Source: Rhizophagus irregularis (Eukaryota). Taken from it: a DNA stretch of 64,000 nucleotides. Position numbers and translations under genes: made by a program. The DNA is taken from positions 5,704,001-5,768,000 of the forward strand of contig NC_089430.1 in assembly GCF_026210795.1 (NCBI RefSeq), read 5' to 3'. The notes below the pieces were generated by a model. The model worked only from the letters and a program-made list of their open reading frames with translations, had not been told where the DNA came from and made no database searches. Positions 53,654 to 64,000 of the stretch are shown here, one piece after another; the first letter of the stretch is position 1; each line of letters begins with the position of its first letter.

Positions 53654-55533
53654 ATGATGTTAGACTTTAGTCGTCCAGAACGAACTTCTGTAGTTAACAA
53701 AGGAGAGATAAAATGTAAAGAATGTAAGATAAGAAAAATTATAGACGAAAATCATGAAACTTGTCAATTATGTTATGAAATATTCAATTCTAATTTAAGT
53801 GGGAACAAAGTTATTGATGACATTATCATAAATACACGAGTTGATTTTGTTAAAGGTGAAATTTATAGGGTATTGGAGTTTGTTCCCTATGATCAATTCA
53901 AAAATATAGAATTTATTGCCGAAGGAGGATTTAGTAAAATTTATAAAGCTATTTGGGTTGATGGTCCAATTGATGAGTACTACGATTTTCATAGTAATAC
54001 AACTGTTCGTAATAACAATTATACAGTTGTTCTCAAAAAACTTAATAATTCTAAAAACATTACATCCAAGGAACTGAACGAGGTACAGTCCTGCAATATT
54101 TTAATTTTCAGCGTGATGATAATAAATTAATATTTTTTTTATTTAGCTTAAGGTATATTATCAGATTTTATCAAAAATTGAATTTGTTGATTACATTAGT
54201 AAATATTTTGGAATTACTCAAGATCCTATTACTAAAGATATAATGATTATCATGCCATATTATAGTTCAGGTGATTTGATACATTATTTAAGCAATAACT
54301 TTTATAATCTCAGCTGGAAAAAAAAAACGAAAAGATTACTTCGCATAATAATTGGACTTCAAGAAATACATATTACAAAAATTATCCACAGGGATTTACA
54401 TAGTGGAAATATCTTTCTTGATAAACATTTTGCGTACATAGGTGATCTGGGAATAAGTAAATCTGCAACTGAATCAAATAATGATAATGAGAAATATGGT
54501 ATTATTCCTTACATGGCACCAGAGATTTTTCAAGGACAAAAATATACTGAAGCTTCAGATATATATAGTTTTGGAATGATTATGTGGGAATTTATGACAG
54601 GTAGAAGACCTTTTTGGGATGAAATTCATGATATAGAACTTATAATCAAAATATGTGATGGTTTACGACCACCAATTGTTACAAATGCACCTGAAGGATA
54701 TATTGAATTAATGAAGGAATGCTCCAGCAAAAAGACCAACAACTGAAAATATATATTTGAAAATTAATAAAATGGATGATAATGAACAATTTGGACGAAA
54801 TCAAACTAAAATTATTAAATCATCAGATATTGGACCTGCAACAATGACTAGTCCAGGTGCCATTTATAAGAGTAGACCATTAAGTCGCATGATTCAATCT
54901 GCAATGTCTTTAAGGAGTTCAAGAAGTCAATCTATTGGTAAAAAATTTTATTAATTATAACGCATTTTTATTGCAAGAAAAATTTTAACAATTATTTATT
55001 TTTAAACAATTTTTAGATCCATTTTATTATTATCAGAAAAATACTGGTAATTATTCAGTTTTGTTTAATGGTTTTTTTATGTTCTTACTTATAATTAATA
55101 TTATTTTAAAGATAAAAGAAAGTTTGAAGATGATTCAGTTGAAGACAGTAATGACAATGGTACGGTAATTAATTTAAAAATTATTATTTTTCATTATACT
55201 TTCTACTATTTAATTCACATTCATAATTATTTAGAACAAATTATTAAAAGAAGAAAATTTCTTGAAAATGAAAATAGTGGTAAATAAAATTACATTTTAA
55301 CAATCAACATATTTCATTTTATAATTTAATTGATTTTTGTTATTTTATAGATTACTTTACAAAAGAAATTGAATTAGATATTAATATGAGCTCTAACCAA
55401 CCTCGTGATAAAGGTAAGAAGATATACATTTATAAATATTAGTCAACATTATAAAATTTTTATCTAATTTTTGTTTTCAATATAAGGATACGCCACCAAA
55501 GAAATTGATCTTGATATCAATCATGCTCTTTAA
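53654..55533 (+). pseudogene. TKL kinase with frameshifting deletion in subdomain XI
   Basis: CKEC..CQLC, EGGF, VVLK, HRDLHSGN, DLG, YMAPE; at ~54722 ECW..DP is collapsed to EC-SSKKTNN*, with PAKRPT continuing in another frame; several small tail exons to TAA 55531-33. Confidence 0.78.
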
Positions 55534-58196
55534 GTTATAATGTTTAAACCAAATTTTTTTACTTATTATGCAGTACTATAAATAGTTAATATACAAATAT
55601 ATTTATATTAAACCATAGATGGATTATTTATTTTATATGAACTTTAATCGTTGATTAATGGCTAATGACTTAACCTAATTTTTTATTACTTATTCATTTT
55701 CATGCATGATAGCAAATGAAAGTTAAAAAATTGGGTCTCATCAAAATTTGTAGTTAGTGCATTAAATAAATGAATTATATAGTTTAGAATTTCTGGAATA
55801 TGAAAATTGAAAATTATATTTTGTATCGTCTAACTAAAAAGCTTTAATTGCGAAAAGTTTATTGATTAATAAATGGTATTTTATTATCTACATAAAAAAC
55901 TGCAATTTTATTAATTATTAACCACGTAAAAGAATCGTCACCTTTTCTTTTGGCACGCGTTCAAGTTAACCAAAAATCAAAAAAGTGGAACAAATGATTT
56001 ATATATATGACGATAATGTATTTTCATCCCATGATGGGAAAATTTGGTATGAAATGTTTCAATAAGGGTACTTAAAATGTAATCCTATTTGTATCAACTT
56101 GTATGGAGTTTGACAATAAGAATATCAATATCAATAATAGGTCATTAGTCCTCACGGCTTACGCCATTTAAGTATATGGATCCAATTCGACGACTATATC
56201 ATCACCTTCATATTCTCCAAAATAGGTTTCTTCTGATTTGTAAAATCTTCATTTCATGGAATCTAATTTTTATCAGTATAAAGTTATTACTCTCAACTGT
56301 TTATCGAACATTCATTTTAATATGCAGTAATCGTGGACTCATTTTTCCTTTTGGTGAATTTTTTTTAAATTTATTTGTTATACTGTAATTCAAAAATTTT
56401 TTTTTTATAAAGATAATTTTGTAAAAAACCATGTTACGTATGTAAAAAAAGAAAAAAATATTCAACTAGGATTAAATCAGATTTTTTAATAAAGTGTTTC
56501 AACTGTTTCATGATAATTCCTAAGCGCTTGATTATAAATTCCAATTAAATTTTTTTTTCTCTGTCATTTTATTACTTTATTAGGAAATCAAGAAAAATTA
56601 CAAAAAAGGGAAAGATCTACATTATATAACTTTTTTTTTTTGACAACTCGCGTAAACACATTTCTTTATTATGTAAGTGCGATTAAGAACAAATTACAGA
56701 TTAAACGAAAGAAATACATTGAAATTGATGGCGTCAAGCACCAACAATCTCTCCATACCGGGCGCTTCAGCCTACCGCTCGGTCCCCACACGTCTAACTT
56801 AAAATACTACTCAACTACAATGAAACTACTTGTTAATGTATCTACGGCTACCTCCTCTACCTTTTCCATAACTTCCAGGTTTACCTCCTCCTTTTTTGTT
56901 GATACTTACTGTCCACTCTTCCTTCGTCACTCTCTTCCTCTTCCGCTTTACTCCTGTCACCTTGTTTACCTATAACCTGCTTTTTACCTTCTTTTATATC
57001 TTCTTCATCAGAAGATGAGACTGCGAAAGGGTTAGGTCATTATATAACATTTAGTAAAGAACACGATTGAACTATACTTTAGTATTATTAGGGACTTAAG
57101 ATTTTATGTTCAAAAGAACTATCTTCCATCCTGCGCATCCAAATAGGTTCACTAAACTACCCGCATAACTACTACTATTTGTATGAACTTCAGTAATGTT
57201 ATATAAGAACCCGCCACAACACCTTTTAAAACTACTATAACTACAAAAAATAATAATAATAATAAAACTACGAAACACTACCGTAAACAATAATATTATT
57301 CCTATAAAAAAATTGGATACGTTTTTTATAAAGTTTTTATACGATTTATTTCCTTAGAAATTAGTATTTTCTCGCATTTTTTTAATACTTAATTTTTCTG
57401 CAATATCAATCATGAAATGTTTACTAATAACATGCAAATTTCTTTGAATTTGAAAGATCTTTCTTATCTTCCTGCTTAAAGATCTTTCCCGTACTTATTT
57501 TCCTATTGAAAGTAATCACTATACTCCGTGCTATTAATTTCATATTCACTTTATGACTTACGAATAAATCACTTTAAGTTATAAAGCCATGTTTTTGTAT
57601 AATACGCAAGGATAAAGATAAAGCCGAATGAAATGTAGATTTTCTCTCGCCATTCTCGCCGTAATATTATGTCCAATCTTAAACAATTATTTTATGAAGC
57701 GAATGCTACCAAAGGTATTGAAAACGTGTGTTCCAGAAATTTTTTTATGGCTGTGATATCGCGAATAGATTGTAATAAATTGTAATAAGATTAGAGAACG
57801 TTTGATAATTCTGTAATTTAAAAGCATTGTTTATTAATATTTATTGATTTTTTTTTTTTTTTTTTTGAAAAAATAAAATTTATTGAATACTCGAATCTAA
57901 ACTTTAGCTACAACCATCGAAATGTTAATTTTTTTCTTGTTATAATAGGAACAACATTAAAAAATTTGAATAATTTAAATAGTATACTAATTCATTAAAT
58001 CAATATACGGTATTTATTCATTTAATAATTTGGAATAAATTTATTAAAATTATTTAAATTACAAACTAAGAATTTTGTAAAACATTTACTACTCTAATCT
58101 TAGTGTTTAAATAATCCATGATAAATAAATAATAAGTGATAATAATTTAACATATAAAAAAAAAAATATTGTTAATTTGATTTATAAAAAGACAAT

Positions 58197-60455
58197 TTAA
58201 AATCCATCTAAAGATAAAAAAAAGATTAATTATTTTGCTTTATAAAGAAATTTATTTTTTTCTACTTTATTTTAAGAGCTTACCATCAGGAATTTCCAGT
58301 TCATCTTGTTCTTTTGAATGAAAGTTTGGATTATTATATACTTCTTCATCATCTGTAATAGATAAGTAATTAGTAGTAGAATTAAAATAGTATTAAAATT
58401 TATTATGTAAAATTTTCACCTACCATCGACACATTTTTGAGTTTTTTCTTTTTCGTCATCTAAATTTTAAATAAAAGTCGTGTTTAATAAATTAAATTGA
58501 TATAGTAACTTTATTTGTTAGTAATTTACTCACTATTTGATTTAATTTGCAACTTTTTAAATAATTTAGATAATTTTTTATTACTATCTAAAAATTAAAA
58601 TATAAATTTAATATATAAATCAATCTCGATTTGACAATAATTAAAATATATTACCTCTAAAAATAGTAATTACTTTTGATGATTTGCTACTATTCTGCTC
58701 ATTTGATTTATTAAAGTCGTCAACTAAAAAAAAATTAATTAATCATTATATGAAAATTCAACGCTATAATGTTAATAAATACTTACTATTGTTAGGAATG
58801 TTAAAATCATACAATTTACTATGAAACGCTATTAATAGTAAAATAAAGTAGATTATTTTAGTATCCAAATAAAATGGTAGAATTATTATTTATAAAGTTA
58901 TACCTTCTTGTTCTTCTATTATAATAAAGACAACATTAATAATATATTTTAAAATAAATACATTCGATAATAAAATATTATACACTTATTTATACCTTCT
59001 GTTGCATTTCTTGGTTCAGGTAGATTTCCAAAGTTGTGAATTTTACTTGTAGATAATCTGCTACTCGTATAATTTTCTTCTACTTTATTCATTTCTAAAT
59101 TATTTTTTTCTGATTTGAATAAATCATCTGACATATTTTGATAATCTAAATGAATTCTGCTTATTCTTCTCATAAGTTTATAAGCGGTAGGTCTTTTTAA
59201 TGGATCAGCATCCCAACATTCTTTCATTAAATTTTTATATTCTAATGGAGTTCCTGGCACAATTTTTGGCCTTATACCGTTAATAATATTCATTACAATA
59301 TCATTTTCATGTTCATAATTTATAAATGGTGGTTGTCCAGATGAAATTTCCCACATAAGAATTGCAATACTATAAATATCAGATGCAAAAGTATATTCTC
59401 TTCCAACAATAACTTCGGGTGCTATGTAAGGAAGATTTCCATATATACTTGTTGAAGATTTATCAGCAGGTCCACAAAATCCAAGATCGCTAATATACCA
59501 ATGATTATTTAATTGTGAATATAATATATTTCCAGAATGCAAATCTCTATGCATAGCTTTCTCTACATGAATATAATAAAGTGCAAGAGTTATTTCGTCA
59601 ATAATTTTCATTCTATCTTTCCATGTAAGTTGATTATGATTTTGTTGTAAATATTTTCTTAAATCTATATCCATTTTCTCTATTACAAGCATATAATTTC
59701 CATTTGATGGATTTTGTGTTAAACCAAAACATCGAACAACATCCGGCCATTTATTACTTATAGTTAAATGTGATTTAGCCTAAAAGACAATAATTTGTAA
59801 AAATAGTAGTGCTAATACAAAAATTACAACAATTTTATAAAATATAGAATATTATAATACAAACCTCTTCAAACCAATTTCGATTTGCACTTTCAACATT
59901 TTCTAATTTTTTTAATATTACTTTGAGATTTCCAAATCTTGTTAATTGTTTTTTTTCAGAATCCCATTCTTCATACGGTCCGTCAATCCAAACTGCTGTA
60001 TAAATTTCAGAAAACCCACCTTTTGTTAAATATTTAATATTTTCTAAATTACTATATGGGATCCATTCAACTATTTTACTCGGCATGAGTGATTCTATTT
60101 GACATTTCTGTATTAAATTATCAATATCATCATTTCCAGATGTCCAATTTGAAAAATCTTCTTTTAAATAATTTCGAACACAATATTCACAATATAATGT
60201 GGCTAAACATTCTTGCTTACAATTTTCACAAATTCTTTTTGTTCCTGAATTATTTCTAACTTTACTTCGATCATAACCTTTAGTTATCCATCTTATTGCA
60301 TAAGTTTTTTCATCATTTGTAAGAATTTTATCAGCAAGGACTGTTTGTTTTTTAAATTCAAATCGTTTGTGTATATCATTGTAAATATTAGTATCTGTTA
60401 ATGATGTTGCTCTATGAATTGTTGCACCAATTAATTCATATCGAAGAGTGGACAT
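58197..60455 (-). CDS. TKL-type protein kinase (catalytic Asp present) with multi-microexon tail
   Basis: Start MSTLRYEL; CENC..CEYC, WTSGN, KGGF, VILK, HRDLHSGN, DLG, YIAPE; tail of short exons incl. 12-nt exon 58915-58904. Confidence 0.88.
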
Positions 60456-63400
60456 AATGTAATCAATAAGAAAGAAAGAATGAATGAATTTAAGTTCATT
60501 CACTTGATAAATTAGTAAAATTGTTGATCAAAATTTCATGTTGTCCCACATAAATTTTGTGACCTTAGGGCGTAATATTTTACGCCTCATAACCAAAAAA
60601 GAAAAATATTACTACCATTTACATATTTAGATTTGCACATTTAGTATGATCAATAATTTACGTTTTTTTTTTTTTTTTTTTCAGCGTATAATTTGCGTTT
60701 AACAAATTTGATTGTCATACTTAATGAATAGATAGTATCAAATAATTTGATAAACAAAAATCAATGATTATTATTCAATAGACTATTTTTTTGTAGTATC
60801 TTACTTAAAAAATCTAGTGTAATAGGTATGTCATGGGTTTTCATGTACACAATCCAAATTATTTATATGAAGACTATTCTAAAGTCTAAACGTCAGACAT
60901 ATTTTTTTTTATATAGATGAAGTTTAAAAAAAATTTACAAAAATAAAATAACAAAAAAAAAATACGAAATATATTAAATTATATTCTAAAAATTGTACTT
61001 GGTTTTTTATGTTGTATTATTTTCATTTCTATTATTAAATTAAATAATATTACAATAAATTTAGTAATAAAAAAAAAATTCTATTTTGTAATAAATAGAC
61101 TTAATATATAATTTTCCAGTAAGTCAAATTAGAAGGATTTATTATAAGATTTTTTAATACTCATCTAAAATCTTTTTATTTAATAAAATTCACTTTTAAA
61201 AAAATCTTTTTTTAACGAGAAAATTTTTTTATAGAGCCTATGAAAATTTTTTAATAAAATCCATTTGAATTTTTAGATATAGATTTTTGTTCATAAAGAT
61301 ACTTTATTAATATAAATATAAAATTACAAGAAGTTAATATAATAATTCTCAGTTTAATAATATTCCAATAAGATAATTTCTAAAGTATAATCATAATTTC
61401 TAATAAATTCTAATAATAGACCCCTTTCAAACCGTCCAAATTTTATAATTTCTGTCGATCATTATTTTTCACTAAAATATTCTTTCATAAAATTATTTCA
61501 ATTTTTTTCATTTTTAAACTTTTTTTCAATTTTGATTTTTCCACTTTTTGACTTTTTTACTCACAAAATATCCTTTTCAAAAATGTCGTTTTTCACTTTT
61601 CGTAAATATTAATTTTCCAAAATTTTCAATTTTCGATCTTCAAATCCTTTTCTTATTATAGTAATATCTCGATTCTAGTTCCCAATTCTAAATCTAAAAA
61701 TAAAAGTGAACACAAGAATCGTTACGGATGTTACACTTGTAACATTACACAATTATAATACTATACTAATAAATTCACTAGGTGCTCACGGCATTACAGT
61801 AATGCCGGGATCTAAGGCATTTATTAATTACAAACCGCAGCAATTTATTTATTGTCGGTACATAACCTACGAATTTTGAAGTGAAATACGTATAAAAACC
61901 TCCTGGGTCATGAGGTTAAACTGATTCATATACAATGTTAAGTGTTGTATGGATTTTATTGGTTAACTGGAAATGATGATTAATATTTATCAACTGCGGG
62001 ATACTTTTATGGAAGTTCATTACGATTGTCAACTTTTTAATGATTATAATTTAGGAAATAATTTATCTTATTATCATAATTTTGGAAGGAATTACGTATG
62101 TTGATCACAAATTGATGAAATAATCACGTGGAAAGATGACGATATAATCGATATATTATAACATGAAGTTGGACATAATCTTCGACCTTAAATTTTGGAC
62201 CTTAAATTATTATATTTTACACATTCCTTAATATTCGATTCTTTTATACTATTTTCTTATGATGTAAAAGTACATTTCTTAATAACTTATGAATTCTATT
62301 GGTAATTTAACCTAAGTTACTCTTGTGGTTTCACCGGGGACAACAGGTTATTTTATTGATTTTATTCGTGAATTTCATTTTATTTCATATTTTGGGATGG
62401 GAATTTTGGGCATTCGATGAATTTTATAATATTTTATTCATGAAATAATGTTTGAAAATGGGTTTTATTAAGGAAATAATCTTATTTTTGAAAAACGGAA
62501 GGGGAATTATAGCAAATTTTTATTTGATGAATTCATGATAATTTATATTTAGGTTGATACTATTATGTATTTCCCCAATAGTGGGAAGATAATCGAGAAA
62601 ATTAATATTTTATTATATTTAATAAAGGAATATTCACGTAAGACCATCGACCCCCAGTCTTACAGCGTCGAAGCGGTGCTACGATCCGTTCATCCGTCAC
62701 TTGGATAATCTTTAGTGTATTATTTTAATAATCAGGAAATTAGCTCTTTTAAAGAATAAAAATTTATACAAGTTGTACAATGGTATTACTTTGTAAATAA
62801 TTTTTATAAACCAGTTGCACGCATTAGCAATATATCTTACAGTTCCTGTTGCTGCGCCACACAAGAAAGCGAAGAAGAAGCAAGTTTTTGGAGCGACTTC
62901 TTTTTGCAGTATACTTCACCAGTGTTTTTATTGCCTGAAGTACTGAATAGTCTATGGCCAATAGGCTTCGTAACTTACTTGCCAAAGGAACCTATACTGT
63001 GATAATTGCAGAGAAAAAAATTTCATATCGGGTATTGCATTGGCCACTTTTTTGATGGGTTTTGTCGTTGTAAAATTTGTGTCATAAAATTTGTAAAGTA
63101 ATTAAAAAATAAAGGAAAGTAAGTTTTTTATATATTATTTTGTTGTACAAGCTTTTCAATAGCAATAAATACATAAAAGTTAAATTGTAATACTTAATGA
63201 AGTCATGATTTACGCGAAAGTATATTTTTTATATGAAAAAATAATTTTTATTTCGCGTTAATGTCACATAGCTTTGACACGGACAAATTTTAAGGAATTT
63301 CACATTTTGTAATTATATAAATATTTATTATAGTTTGGATTAATAGTGAAAATTATTATTATTTATTATTATTATTTTAAAAAAAGTTTCTTAATTAAAC

Positions 63401-64000
63401 ACATACAATTTATTTAAAATTTAAATATGCAAATAATTCTTTATATTACGATCGCTTTCGTTAAACAAAGATAATTATAAATACCGAAAACTTCTTCATT
63501 AATAATAAACAAAAATTCTCACGAAATGATTTTTACTTTAGAAAGGCGGTCAAATTATACAAATAAACCATATCGGTACCAAATACATAATCAAACTTTA
63601 CGAAATGTGCTCATCTCCTAGTACGGGGACCCACCCTTCAAATTTCTTACGAAATGATCCAATTAGAATTTGTCAAATTATTCATTATCACGATGTCTTC
63701 AAAGGTATTTATATATGGTATTATACGTAGAAAAACCATCTGTTTTAAACTTAAAAATTTTATTTAGCTTTTCTAAATTCCCATTTAATTAAATTTTTAT
63801 TTTCACTTGGACCATTTTATTTTAGGATAACTTAATACTGGAAACATAGCGGGCTTTCCAATTTTATCTCAATTTTATCACACGATATACTGTAAGTACC
63901 GTTGTGAGATTTTGTTTTTTGAAAAATTCTACATATTAAAATATTCCTCAAATTTTGCTATCTAGTTGGTATTTTTAGCATACCTATTTTTATTAAATCT

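Noticed and set aside
55920..57050. Possible LINE-associated ORF remnant and low-complexity charged ORF fragment
   Set aside because: Too degraded; no RT or endonuclease motif visible
61860..62640. Possible pseudogene fragment
   Set aside because: Coding-like composition but no sustained frame or identifiable family

Overview
Very AT-rich, intron-containing eukaryotic DNA whose gene content (many TKL-type protein kinases, a MATA-type HMG-box gene, a TRP-like channel, hAT/MULE/pogo/Helitron-like elements) is typical of an arbuscular mycorrhizal fungus (Glomeromycotina, Rhizophagus-like; inferred). The window holds eight kinase genes or pseudogenes plus one N-terminal remnant. Three otherwise intact kinases carry a catalytic Asp->Asn change, and two of them lie near a close paralog that keeps Asp. 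It also contains a multi-exon gene missed by the ORF track (21053-22461, minus) built from tandem intron+exon duplications and ending in a Cys-rich tail. Mobile elements include three nested insertions inside a kinase pseudogene, several MITEs with TIRs and TSDs, and non-autonomous Helentron/Helitron2-like elements, one carrying repeated splice-like units. Exon boundaries were read by eye.
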